Shown here one piece after another: positions 8,714-17,792 of a DNA stretch of 55,502 nucleotides. This DNA is from a virus. Within the stretch, counting starts at the first letter, position 1. Every line of letters begins with the position of its first letter. The DNA lies in the IMG/VR virus record IMGVR_UViG_3300038701_001228, positions 1 through 55,502 of that record. The stretch is one strand, 5' to 3'. The notes below the pieces were generated by a model. That model ran no database searches. It worked only from the letters and a program-made list of their open reading frames with translations, and had not been told where the DNA came from. The position numbers and the translations under genes were made by a program.

Positions 8714-8735
8714 GGTAGGGGCTTCGGCCCCTACC
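8714..8735 (+). terminator. UUCG-tetraloop hairpin after the capsid module (attenuator / RNA-stability element)
   Basis: ggtaggggc-ttcg-gcccctacc is a perfect 9-bp stem. No U-tract follows. Confidence 0.5.
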
Positions 8736-8754
8736 TCCATCCAAGGAGGAACTC

Positions 8755-9054
8755 ATGTCTGTCTACAAAGGTACGACCTACTCGAACCTGACGGCGATCA
8801 ATGCGACTGTTGATTCGCTGACCGCGACTGGGACGATCACCGGTAGCCTCGACGCCACCGGCGGTTATCTGCAAATCCCGACGGCAGCCGCGACCGCGAT
8901 TGCCGACATCGGAGACGCCATCAACACGGCCAACAAGGCCGCTGGCTCTGTGGTGTTCGACGTGACCAACAGCAAGCTGAAGATCGCAACCGGCGCAGAT
9001 GCCGATTCGACTTGGGTCGATGCTGACGGTACCAACGCGGTGACGCCGTCCTAA
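8755..9054 (+). CDS. Hypothetical structural protein
   Basis: 99-aa ORF with SD AAGGAGG. Thr/Ala/Gly-rich. Confidence 0.5.
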   Translation: MSVYKGTTYSNLTAINATVDSLTATGTITGSLDATGGYLQIPTAAATAIADIGDAINTANKAAGSVVFDVTNSKLKIATGADADSTWVDADGTNAVTPS

Positions 9055-9058
9055 TAGG

Positions 9059-9076
9059 CGGGCCCTTCGGGGCCCG
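9059..9076 (+). terminator. UUCG-tetraloop hairpin
   Basis: cgggccc-ttcg-gggcccg is a perfect 7-bp stem directly after the stop of CDS 8755..9054. Confidence 0.45.
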
Positions 9077-9101
9077 TCTCACCATCTGAGAGGACACACT
9101 T

Positions 9102-9329
9102 ATGCCCGGCACTCGCATCAAGGACCTTATGGCTCTCTCTGGCGCAAGCAGCGCCAACAACGATGATCTCGTGATCTTCGACGCTGATGCCGATGAGACC
9201 AAACGTATTTCGCGCTCGCAACTCGCATTGGGTATGGCGGGCGACCTTGGCGGGGCAAACGGATCGTTCACTACCACAGACGGAAAAACCGTGACCGTGG
9301 TTGGCGGCCTTATCACGAGCATAGTTTAA
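9102..9329 (+). CDS. Hypothetical structural protein
   Basis: 75-aa ORF with SD GAGAGGA. Confidence 0.5.
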   Translation: MPGTRIKDLMALSGASSANNDDLVIFDADADETKRISRSQLALGMAGDLGGANGSFTTTDGKTVTVVGGLITSIV

Positions 9330-9341
9330 GGAACAACCACC

Positions 9342-10364
9342 ATGGCCACGAACTTCACAGGCTCTCAGATCAAAGACACCTACGACCAAATCCTGCACGT
9401 GGATGGTGGACCTGAAGCTACCGAAAAGGTGGTCTACAGCGGCGTGGGCGTGGCGACGGCGGTCAAAATCGGGACCGGTTCCGCCTCGGTGGATAACGTC
9501 CGCCTCGACGGCAACACAATCAGCACGCTCGATACCAACGGCAACCTCGTCCTCAGCCCCAACGGGACTGGCTCGGTCAGCATGACCAAGGCCGCCATCA
9601 CTGGCGGCACCATCACGGGGATCACCGACCTCGCCGTCGCTGACGGCGGCACGGGCGCGTCAGACGCCGCTGGGGCACGGACCAACCTCGGGCTGGGTAC
9701 CGTCGCCACGCAAGACGCCAACAACATCAGCATCACCGGTGGGTCGATCTCGGGCGTCTCGTTCTCCGGCACCTTCACCGGCATCACGGCGATCACCTCC
9801 ACCTCATTCTTCACGGGCAACGCTACCACTGGCCTGACCCTGACCGACAACGATCTGCTGGCCGACGGCACTGACACCGACATCGACATCGACCTGATCC
9901 CCAAGGGGACGGGCGAGGTGAACATCTCCAAGGTGGACATCGACGGCGGTGCTATCGACGGGACGGTGATCGGCGGCGCGACACCTGCGGCTGGTACTTT
10001 CACAGACGCATTGGCCACGGATAACGTGGGCTACACCACGGGCAACGGCGGCACCGTCACACAGACCACCAGCCGGACGACTGGGGTCACGCTCAACGCT
10101 CCTTCCGGGCAGATCACGCTGGTTGCCGGCACGATCTCTGGTCTGTCCTCGCAGGAGTTCACGCTGACCAACAGCTACATCGCCGCGACGGATGTGGTTC
10201 TCGTCAGCTTCGGGTCCGGCCTGACAGCGACGACATACGATGTTACCGTCACGGAGACGTCAGCCGGCTCGTGCAAAATCTCGGTCCACAACGTCAACAA
10301 CTCGGCCACCCCGAGCGACACGCCGGTCATCAACTTCGTGGTCTTCAAGGGAGTGAACAGCTAA
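9342..10364 (+). CDS. Fibre-like structural protein
   Basis: 340 aa, Gly/Thr-rich repeats (ITGGTITGI, ITGGSISGV). Contains the DGGTGA...ARTNLGLG motif that recurs in phage fibre proteins. Confidence 0.6.
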   Translation: MATNFTGSQIKDTYDQILHVDGGPEATEKVVYSGVGVATAVKIGTGSASVDNVRLDGNTISTLDTNGNLVLSPNGTGSVSMTKAAITGGTITGITDLAVADGGTGASDAAGARTNLGLGTVATQDANNISITGGSISGVSFSGTFTGITAITSTSFFTGNATTGLTLTDNDLLADGTDTDIDIDLIPKGTGEVNISKVDIDGGAIDGTVIGGATPAAGTFTDALATDNVGYTTGNGGTVTQTTSRTTGVTLNAPSGQITLVAGTISGLSSQEFTLTNSYIAATDVVLVSFGSGLTATTYDVTVTETSAGSCKISVHNVNNSATPSDTPVINFVVFKGVNS

Positions 10365-10639
10365 TGGCCTCTCGCGTCGACAAATCGAAGATGAAGTGCA
10401 ACTCACCGAAGCGCACTCCGAACCACCCCAAGAAATCGCACGTCGTCAAGGCGTGCTCGGGCGGCAAAGAGAAAATCATCCGGTTTGGCGAGCAGGGTGC
10501 GAAGACGGCGGGCAAGCCCAAGAAAGGTGAATCGGAGGCCATGAAGAAGAAGCGGGCCAGCTTCAAAGCGCGGCACTCGAAGAACATCAAGAAGGGCAAG
10601 ATGTCGGCGGCGTACTGGGCAGACCGCGAAAAATGGTGA
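10364..10639 (+). CDS. Small basic protein (Lys-rich, 91 aa)
   Basis: ATG 10364 overlaps the upstream stop (TAATG). Sequence MASRVDKSKMKCNSPKRTPNHPKKSHVVKAC...SAAYWADREKW. The track ORF from 10271 is an upstream extension. Confidence 0.6.
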   Translation: MASRVDKSKMKCNSPKRTPNHPKKSHVVKACSGGKEKIIRFGEQGAKTAGKPKKGESEAMKKKRASFKARHSKNIKKGKMSAAYWADREKW

Positions 10640-10657
10640 GTTATCAAGGGGTTACAC

Positions 10658-10843
10658 ATGGCTGAGAAAAAAGGCAGTCCCAAACCTACGAACCCGTCGC
10701 TCTGGTCTCGCGTGAAGGCTGAGGCCAAGAAGAAGTTCGACGTGTACCCGAGCGCCTACGCCAATGCGTGGGCGTCGAAGGAGTACAAGAAGCGTGGCGG
10801 CGGCTGGCGCGGCCCTGACAACAGGGTGAAGAAGCGTGGCTAA
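10658..10843 (+). CDS. Small basic protein (61 aa)
   Basis: MAEKKGSPKPTNPSLWSRVKAEAKKKFDVYPSAYANAWASKEYKKRGGGW... Confidence 0.6.
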   Translation: MAEKKGSPKPTNPSLWSRVKAEAKKKFDVYPSAYANAWASKEYKKRGGGWRGPDNRVKKRG

Positions 10844-11072
10844 GGGTGGGCTCGGCAAATGGTTCGGGGAGAAGTGGGTCGATGTGAAGACCGGCAAACC
10901 CTGTGGCCGGTCTGGGTCTGAGAAGAAGTCCCGCGCATACCCGGCCTGCCGCCCCAAGGCCGCGGCGAAGAAGATGACCGCAAGCGAGAAGCGGTCTATG
11001 GCAGCGAAGAAGACCGGCCCGGCCCGCAAGTCGTGGCCGGTCAAACCATCTGGGAAACGGAGATCGAAATGA
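10836..11072 (+). CDS. Small basic protein (78 aa)
   Basis: GTG 10836 overlaps the previous stop (GTGGCTAA). Sequence MAKGGLGKWFGEKWVDVKTGKPCGRSGSEKKSRAYPACRPK... followed by a Lys/Arg-rich tail. Confidence 0.55.
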   Translation: MAKGGLGKWFGEKWVDVKTGKPCGRSGSEKKSRAYPACRPKAAAKKMTASEKRSMAAKKTGPARKSWPVKPSGKRRSK

Positions 11073-11338
11073 CAACGATGTATCTGCGGAACAAGAAGGA
11101 CGGTTTCATCTACGGCTGGAACGAAATCCTTGCCATGAACCCGCTGTGCGAGCCCGTCACCGAGGAGGAAGCGTTTCCCGAGCGGTTCGTGAAGCCGGCG
11201 CAGGTGGAGACCGTTAAGAAGACCCGGGCGCGGCGCAAGACCAAGGCGCTCGATCTGTCCACGGATGACATTCCGGACGAACCGAAGTATGTTGCCCCCG
11301 AGATCGAGGCCGATGCGTCGAAGGATTTGCCTGAATGA
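11069..11338 (+). CDS. Hypothetical protein
   Basis: ATG 11069 overlaps the previous stop in an ATGA arrangement. 89 aa. The track ORF from 11033 is an extension. Confidence 0.5.
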   Translation: MTTMYLRNKKDGFIYGWNEILAMNPLCEPVTEEEAFPERFVKPAQVETVKKTRARRKTKALDLSTDDIPDEPKYVAPEIEADASKDLPE

Positions 11339-11979
11339 CACCCACTGAAGTCATATCCGAGGCCCGCAGGCTTATCAACGACAACCGCTCGCCGCAGCGG
11401 TACTCGGATGCTGACATGCTGGGGTTCGTCAACCAGACGCTGAAGCGTGCAGCGATGTACCGTCCCGATCTGTTCCTGCAGATCGGAGACATCAGCACAG
11501 CTGCCGACACGACCGTGCAGACCATGCCCGCCGACTCGATCCGCTTGGTGGAAATTTTCGGCGTCAAGGACGGCGGCACCGTCACGGAGGTAGATCGGGA
11601 GGTCTTCGACCAGACGTACCCCGGGTGGCGCTCAGAGGCGTCCGGGACCCCCGTGAACTTCATGCGGCATGTCCGCAACCCCAACGTCTATTTCCTCTAC
11701 CCTCGGCCCGTGTCAGGCGTTATACTGCTCGCAGAATACGCCAAGGTGCCGACGGATTACGCCCTCAACGATCCAATCGCTGCTCCGATTGATGCGTACT
11801 TCCCGACAATCGTGGATGGCACAGTCTATCTGGCCGAATCCGTGGACGACGAGCATGTGAACTCTGGGCGTGCCAAGCTGTTCCTCGATTCGTTCACCCA
11901 AGGTCTGGGTGTCTCGCTGCAGTCCCGCGAGATCACGGACAGCGAAGAAGCAGGGCTTGACCCGAGGAGAATTGGCTGA
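11335..11979 (+). CDS. Putative head-tail adaptor / connector protein
   Basis: 214 aa, ATGA-coupled to the previous gene. Position and general sequence style only. Confidence 0.4.
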   Translation: MTPTEVISEARRLINDNRSPQRYSDADMLGFVNQTLKRAAMYRPDLFLQIGDISTAADTTVQTMPADSIRLVEIFGVKDGGTVTEVDREVFDQTYPGWRSEASGTPVNFMRHVRNPNVYFLYPRPVSGVILLAEYAKVPTDYALNDPIAAPIDAYFPTIVDGTVYLAESVDDEHVNSGRAKLFLDSFTQGLGVSLQSREITDSEEAGLDPRRIG

Positions 11980-12749
11980 TGGCGACGCGCACGTTCGCAT
12001 CACTGGTCCCGAGGCTGAACCCCAGTGTGCCGGGTTGCCCCCAGTACACGATGATCCAGTACATCCGCGATGCGGCGATCCGCGTGTGCGAGCGCACGCT
12101 CGCTTGGCGCTATGTGCAGCCCACGTTCCCGCTCCTGCCCGGCGTGCATGAGTATCTCTACGATAAGCCTGCGGGTACTGAGGTCCACGTCCTGTTCGAC
12201 GCGATGGTCAACGACCGCCCGCTGGCGAAGCTGCCACTGGAGCAGGCCCTGTTCCAATACCCCGAGTGGGCCGATCTGTACAGCGGGGAGGACCCCTCCA
12301 CTGTGTGGAGCCTGACGCCGTCGGGGTCGTACAACAGCTTTGAGTACAACGAGGGCCTGTTCAACGAGGACCCTGCGTTCGTCCTGCCCGAGGCTGTGGT
12401 GGCCAAGGCGTCCGAGCCGCGTTCGATCACGCAGCTGACGCCCGACAAGTACATCGTCCTGCCGCTGCCGGATGACGAGAAGACCTACACCACTCGGATG
12501 TTCTATGCCCTGAAGCCGTCGCGCGATGCCGAGGGCATGGACGAGGTCATCTTCAACGCGCTCGAGGAGGCCATCCTGCACAGCGCCCTGCAGTACCTGC
12601 TGGTGCTGCCGAACGTCGCTTGGTCCGACCGCGAGCTGGCGTCTTACCACGCCAAGCAGTTCCTCCGCGAGATGGTGGAGCGCCGGGCGCGGGCCAACCT
12701 TGGAAACATGCGGGGCGTCATGCGTGCCACCGCCCCGAAATTCGCGTGA
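11979..12749 (+). CDS. Putative head-tail / tail-proximal structural protein
   Basis: 256 aa, translationally coupled (TGATG) to the previous gene. Confidence 0.4.
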   Translation: MATRTFASLVPRLNPSVPGCPQYTMIQYIRDAAIRVCERTLAWRYVQPTFPLLPGVHEYLYDKPAGTEVHVLFDAMVNDRPLAKLPLEQALFQYPEWADLYSGEDPSTVWSLTPSGSYNSFEYNEGLFNEDPAFVLPEAVVAKASEPRSITQLTPDKYIVLPLPDDEKTYTTRMFYALKPSRDAEGMDEVIFNALEEAILHSALQYLLVLPNVAWSDRELASYHAKQFLREMVERRARANLGNMRGVMRATAPKFA

Positions 12750-12757
12750 GGTAGCCG

Positions 12758-13084
12758 ATGGTCCTGAAGATCACGAACAACGCCACGACCATAGTTCCGC
12801 TGGCTATCCAGAGCACCGATACCTCCCTGACCGTTGCCACTGGCACCGGCTCCTTGTTCCCGGTCCTTGGGGCCGGGGACTTCTTTTACGCTACGCTGAG
12901 CAGCACCGCTGGTGGTATGGAGATCATCAAGGTCACTGCTCGCGCCGATGATGTGATGACTATCGAGAGGGCGCAGGAAGGCACGCTGGCCATCCCCTTC
13001 GCGGCGAACAGCCGGTTGGAGATCAGGGTCACAGCGGCCAACCTGCAGAACTACGTCGACAGTCTGGACTTCTTGCTGCTGTGA
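12758..13084 (+). CDS. Stand-alone copy of the fibre/tailspike N-terminal anchor domain (108 aa)
   Basis: Aligns along its whole length with the N-termini of CDS 13091..15073 and CDS 18082..18597. Shared blocks: FYATL, E-I-[IV]-KVT, R-[AG]-QEGT, E-[IM]-RVTAA. Confidence 0.7.
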   Translation: MVLKITNNATTIVPLAIQSTDTSLTVATGTGSLFPVLGAGDFFYATLSSTAGGMEIIKVTARADDVMTIERAQEGTLAIPFAANSRLEIRVTAANLQNYVDSLDFLLL

Positions 13085-13090
13085 GGGACG

Positions 13091-15073
13091 ATGCCGGTCA
13101 TTCTGAAGAACAACGTCGATAGTGTCCTAGCTCAGGCGATCAATGCGTCTGAGACGGCTATGGTCGTTGCGACCGGCGAAGGGACTAAGTTCCCCGCACT
13201 GGCGGCTGGTGAGTACTTCTACGCCACGCTGGTGAGCGCACAGGGCACGCGCGAGATCGTCAAGGTCACGGGCAAGAGCGGCGACACGCTGGCCATCCAG
13301 CGTGGACAAGAGGGCACGACGGCTAACGGGTTCAGCACGGGCAGCCGCGTCGAGATGCGGGTCACAGCAGCCTCCATCACAGACCTCGTGGATGAGCACG
13401 ACCAAGCCTCGGAGATCAGCATCGCTGACGCCGGTGGGTACTACACCTCAGACAATGTCGAGGGTGCGCTGCAGGAGGCTGCAGTTTACAACCAAGGCGG
13501 CTCTGGCGCTGTCACCCGCACCGTCCGGTCCCGCCTGCGCGACTTCGTGTCCGTAAAGGATTTTGGAGCTGTAGGCGACGGCGTGACGGATGATACTGCG
13601 GCTATCAATGCTGCCATCAGTTATGTGCTGACAACACCGACATCAGAATTTCGTGGACGCACAGTATATTTTCCAGCTGGCCTCTATGCAGTAACAGAGA
13701 TTGATCTGTCCAATACTGTCGCGAATTTCAACCGCTCCATCCGCTTGCTCGGAGAGGGGCGCTATGCGTCACGGATCATTCCGTTCGCCCCGGGCTATGT
13801 TATGCTCAACATGCTTGGTCGCAACGTAGCGCAGATCGAAAGTCTGCATTTTGACAGTGACCCAGCCACATCTGGAAACTCAAACATCCCGCAGTGTGCC
13901 ATATTCATGGCCCGTTCGACCACGTCTGGGAACTGCAACAACAACAAGTTCCGCGACGTATGGATTACAGGCAACTACTCTGTTGCTTCTGTGACGTGCA
14001 ACGGTTCCGAGAGCAGCACTTGGTTTGGCGGGCGCATCGAGAACAATTACGCCCCTGCCAATCATCGCTGCTTGTGGACTGGTTCGGGGACCGCCATTGG
14101 CGGCTTGCAAGGCGTCACTGTTGTGAATGGCGGCACAGTCTCGAATACGAACAACCCGAACACCGACAACAGAATGTTCGGTGTAGAGTTCTACGCGCCG
14201 TTTAACAACGCCACAATGATTAGGCTTTCTACTTCTTTTGGGTGGCTGTTTGATGGATGCACTTTAGTTCTCGGTAACACGAACAATTCCAAGTTCGTCC
14301 TTTATGACACCCCGACAGGGGGTAGAATTAACGGACCGGCCCAATGGATAGGCTGTCATTTTGAAGGGTTTGGTTCGAACAACGTGGTTCACTATTTTGA
14401 CATCCCGTCTGCCGGTGAGACAACAATGGATAGCTTTCAATCCTACGCTGGGACTATTGTTGTAAATGATGGGACAGCATGGGTCGATTTTGATAGAACA
14501 GACATAAATAAAAAATTGACGCTTTTTGGTAGTTCTCTGCAAAGAACAAACTTACCACCGGGCGTTTCAACGCTTCCGGCTTATGTCAATACTTTGAACC
14601 GTAGCGTGTTCGAACAGCAAAAGTCGAACTTAACAGTATTTGACTTTTTGCTTCGTTCTGAGGTCATTGTTGATACGCTCAATGGCAATGATACAGCCGC
14701 TCTCGCCTATCCATATGAAATTCTTTTGGACGCCCTTCCAACTTCTGGGCAGTGGATGAAGGGCACGACCATTACGAAAACAAACCCTGTGGTCGGACAG
14801 CCTGTTGGGTGGAAGGTGACGGTCTCTGGCACCGCTGGGACATTGAACGGTGGCGCAACCACGGTTGCTGCTGACGCCGTAGCCACACATATCGTGCAGC
14901 TTAGTTCCGCAACTGACCTGTTTGTCGGGTGCAAGCTATCTATCGGTGGAACGATAAGATATGTTCGGTCGATCAGCGGAACAACTGTGTATTTGAACAG
15001 CACAGTCACCGCTTTGACGGGGTCTGCCGTTGCATTCTCTGCGCCGACCTTCGTTGCGCTGCCTAATCTGTGA
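13091..15073 (+). CDS. Tailspike 1: N-terminal anchor domain plus pectate-lyase-type beta-helix
   Basis: 660 aa. The first ~100 aa are paralogous to CDS 12758 and CDS 18082. The motif VKDFGAVGDGVTDDTAAINAAI is typical of the Pectate_lyase_3 / tailspike N-cap. Nucleotide composition drops sharply at about 13550. Confidence 0.75.
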   Translation: MPVILKNNVDSVLAQAINASETAMVVATGEGTKFPALAAGEYFYATLVSAQGTREIVKVTGKSGDTLAIQRGQEGTTANGFSTGSRVEMRVTAASITDLVDEHDQASEISIADAGGYYTSDNVEGALQEAAVYNQGGSGAVTRTVRSRLRDFVSVKDFGAVGDGVTDDTAAINAAISYVLTTPTSEFRGRTVYFPAGLYAVTEIDLSNTVANFNRSIRLLGEGRYASRIIPFAPGYVMLNMLGRNVAQIESLHFDSDPATSGNSNIPQCAIFMARSTTSGNCNNNKFRDVWITGNYSVASVTCNGSESSTWFGGRIENNYAPANHRCLWTGSGTAIGGLQGVTVVNGGTVSNTNNPNTDNRMFGVEFYAPFNNATMIRLSTSFGWLFDGCTLVLGNTNNSKFVLYDTPTGGRINGPAQWIGCHFEGFGSNNVVHYFDIPSAGETTMDSFQSYAGTIVVNDGTAWVDFDRTDINKKLTLFGSSLQRTNLPPGVSTLPAYVNTLNRSVFEQQKSNLTVFDFLLRSEVIVDTLNGNDTAALAYPYEILLDALPTSGQWMKGTTITKTNPVVGQPVGWKVTVSGTAGTLNGGATTVAADAVATHIVQLSSATDLFVGCKLSIGGTIRYVRSISGTTVYLNSTVTALTGSAVAFSAPTFVALPNL

Positions 15074-15083
15074 GGACTAGATC

Positions 15084-15890
15084 ATGACTATCAAAAGTAA
15101 TGGCGGAGTGTTTGGTCGCAACCCATCGTTTAACGATGTCGAAGCGAACAGCTTGGATGTGAGTGGACCAACAACGACTGGCTCTCCTTTGAGTGTTGAA
15201 ACCACTGGTGTGCCCTTCATCTCGATGCTTCGTAAATTTACGCCTTCAGCACCAGCTTTTGGTCTTGGGGTCTTAGACTTCAAGTCGTATTCAACTGGGA
15301 CCACAGAGGTCGCCGGCGCTAGGGTTGTGCCTCGCTCTGAAGGGGCTTGGTCTGGAAGTTCCGCTCCAACAAGCCTCGTGATCCAAACGGTCAACTTTGG
15401 AAGCACATCGCTTAGCGACAAAGTAACAATAAAAGCCGCCGGTGATGTTCAGCTTAATGCTGGCAACCTTGTCGTCGCCAACGGCAAAGGCATCGACTTC
15501 TCTGCCACCTCTGGCACTGGCACAAGCGAACTGTTCGATGACTATGAAGAGGGGACATTCACGCCAACGGACATATCAGGCGCAAGTCTCTCTTTGACTG
15601 TTTATCAGGCTTACTACACCAAAATTGGTCGGGTTGTTTATGCTTACCTTGACGTGGCATATCAATCAACAGCAGATGCAAACACGATGCTGCTGTCCCT
15701 TCCTTTTGCTCCTACTTCGGACGGCGGTGGTTCTATTGGTTATCAAAACATTGCATCCGCTACCCAGATTTTCGTTAATGTGTCAGACAGTCTGAATGGA
15801 GTTCGCATCGTGGATAACAGCGGAAACACACTTGCAAACTCTGCGCTTTCAGGGAAACGAGTGCAGATCATGTGTCAGTATAACTCATAA
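15084..15890 (+). CDS. Fibre-like / tail accessory protein (low-GC island)
   Basis: 268-aa ORF with SD GAGGA. Ser/Thr/Gly-rich beta-type sequence between the two tailspikes. Confidence 0.5.
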   Translation: MTIKSNGGVFGRNPSFNDVEANSLDVSGPTTTGSPLSVETTGVPFISMLRKFTPSAPAFGLGVLDFKSYSTGTTEVAGARVVPRSEGAWSGSSAPTSLVIQTVNFGSTSLSDKVTIKAAGDVQLNAGNLVVANGKGIDFSATSGTGTSELFDDYEEGTFTPTDISGASLSLTVYQAYYTKIGRVVYAYLDVAYQSTADANTMLLSLPFAPTSDGGGSIGYQNIASATQIFVNVSDSLNGVRIVDNSGNTLANSALSGKRVQIMCQYNS

Positions 15891-15901
15891 GGAAATGAAT
15901 C

Positions 15902-17485
15902 ATGGCCCTTACAAAAGTAAACTTTCGCATGATTGACGGGTCTGTGGCAAACGTCAGGGACTTTGGCGCTGATCCGACTGGGGTAAGTGATAGTGCTGCG
16001 GCGTTTCAAGCTGCGCTAGATGCAAGCAATGATGTGTTCATCCCAGCCGGAACTTACAAAGTTCTGTCGCAGATCAACTTGAATACAAACACCTACCTGT
16101 TTGGCGAAGGCGTATCGTCTACGATCCAGTGCGATACCGCAGACATTAACATCCTATCGGCTGTATCAAAAACGGATGTAATGATCGCAAATTTGAAAAT
16201 CACAGGCGTCGAAAGCACGACAAATGGCAACGCCATTTACTTTAGTGGGTGCAGGGATTGTGTTGTTGACCATATAGAGGTGACTGGCGTTTCTGGAGCC
16301 GGCGTTCTTGCAACAGCAGGGTCAGTCAGAATTCGTGTGAGCAACTCAAGATTTGACGCATTTACTGGAACCATCCAAGATAGTGCTGGCATTTCTTTTT
16401 ACCTAAACGCAAACAACTGCATTGCAGAAAATAACATTTGCACGAATGCAACGTGGCATGGAATTAGGTGTCAGCTTGATAGTTTGAACCACATCATTAA
16501 AAACAATTATGTCGAAGGGGCTTTGGCTTATGGCATTTTGGCTGGATACGAAAATGTTGACGCAATCAGCCAAGGCGTTGTTGACGGGAATATAATCAAA
16601 GACATTGAAGGCTCTGTTTTGATTTCCGGTGACAGACGTGCTGGTGCTGGCATTTATAGCCAAAGTGTTTATGGCTTAAAAATTGTCAACAACACTTTAG
16701 CTCGATGCAACAAGCAAACAGTTACAGAGGTTTTGGTACCAGCTGCTATTGGTGTTAGTGGTCGTGTAACCGTTTCCAACAACTTCATCTATGACACGTC
16801 GTGGTATGGTATTGGTATTTTTTCTGAAGATGAGGCGAGTATCGTATCGAACAACATCATCAAAAACTCTGCAAAGACAGCCATTTATTTGAAGAACGGA
16901 TTGAATGGCATTGTTGATGGTAATTTCATATCTTTTGCCACACCGCAGCGTGGTATTCTTGCCGTTCATCAAACTGGCGTTTATCGTTTTGTAAACATCT
17001 CGAACAACACTGTTGTCAACGGTAGTGATGCCATTGCTATTATCAATGGTGCTCACTTCACCATAGCAAACAATGTGGTTGATGATGCAACAGGTCGAGG
17101 TATTGACATTCAGAACAGCCCAGACGGGGCTGTAATTGGAAACATGGTGAAGAATACAACGGGAGATGCGTTCAGGGTTGCAACTGGAAGCAATATCCAA
17201 GTGACTGGTAATACGTTCATGTCGGTAGGAACGTATTCAATTACAACGTCAGGAACTTTGTCTGATGTTCATATCAATGAGAACATTCAATCTCCTTATG
17301 TCGTAGCAATCAGTGACGGTTCCTATGTCAGTTTTCGAGACGATAACGTCCCAACTTCTGGGGAATGGAGCAGAGGTTCTCGTGTTTATGACAACACACC
17401 ATCGGCAGGTGGAACTATTGGATGGGTATGCACATCAAGTGGTTCCCCCGGAACGTGGAAAACATTTGGTGCAATCACAGCTTAA
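15902..17485 (+). CDS. Tailspike 2: pectate-lyase-type right-handed beta-helix depolymerase
   Basis: 527 aa. N-terminal VRDFGADPTGVSDSAAAFQAALDA motif, then many parallel-beta-helix-type repeats (NNxI / GIxI). It has no anchor domain. Confidence 0.7.
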   Translation: MALTKVNFRMIDGSVANVRDFGADPTGVSDSAAAFQAALDASNDVFIPAGTYKVLSQINLNTNTYLFGEGVSSTIQCDTADINILSAVSKTDVMIANLKITGVESTTNGNAIYFSGCRDCVVDHIEVTGVSGAGVLATAGSVRIRVSNSRFDAFTGTIQDSAGISFYLNANNCIAENNICTNATWHGIRCQLDSLNHIIKNNYVEGALAYGILAGYENVDAISQGVVDGNIIKDIEGSVLISGDRRAGAGIYSQSVYGLKIVNNTLARCNKQTVTEVLVPAAIGVSGRVTVSNNFIYDTSWYGIGIFSEDEASIVSNNIIKNSAKTAIYLKNGLNGIVDGNFISFATPQRGILAVHQTGVYRFVNISNNTVVNGSDAIAIINGAHFTIANNVVDDATGRGIDIQNSPDGAVIGNMVKNTTGDAFRVATGSNIQVTGNTFMSVGTYSITTSGTLSDVHINENIQSPYVVAISDGSYVSFRDDNVPTSGEWSRGSRVYDNTPSAGGTIGWVCTSSGSPGTWKTFGAITA

Positions 17486-17534
17486 TGCGCTTTGAGCGTG
17501 GACAGGTCCAACAGGACGATAAAAGGAGGCCATC

Positions 17535-17792
17535 ATGGCACTGGAGAAGAAAACGATTAACGACAAGATCGAGGTTCTGCAACTGGCAGCGGGCTATCCC
17601 TGCGTGCAGGTCCGCACGGCCACGATCATCGCAGAGGATGGCGTGGAGATCAGTCGCACCTTCCACCGCCATGTGCTGACGCCTGACGCTGATCTGAGCG
17701 CAGAGGATGCGGACGTGGCGGCCATTGCCAGCGCCGTGTTCACCGACGAAGCCAAGGCGGCCTACGTCGCAGCGCAGGAGGCAAGCGAATGA
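17535..17792 (+). CDS. Hypothetical protein
   Basis: 85-aa ORF with SD AAGGAGG. Confidence 0.5.
   Translation: MALEKKTINDKIEVLQLAAGYPCVQVRTATIIAEDGVEISRTFHRHVLTPDADLSAEDADVAAIASAVFTDEAKAAYVAAQEASE

Larger units (their letters stand above)
13550..17490. other. Low-GC island (receptor-binding cassette)
   Basis: By eye the sequence changes from GC-rich to markedly AT-richer at ~13550, inside tailspike 1 just after the anchor domain. It returns to GC-rich at ~17490. Boundaries are approximate. Confidence 0.7.
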
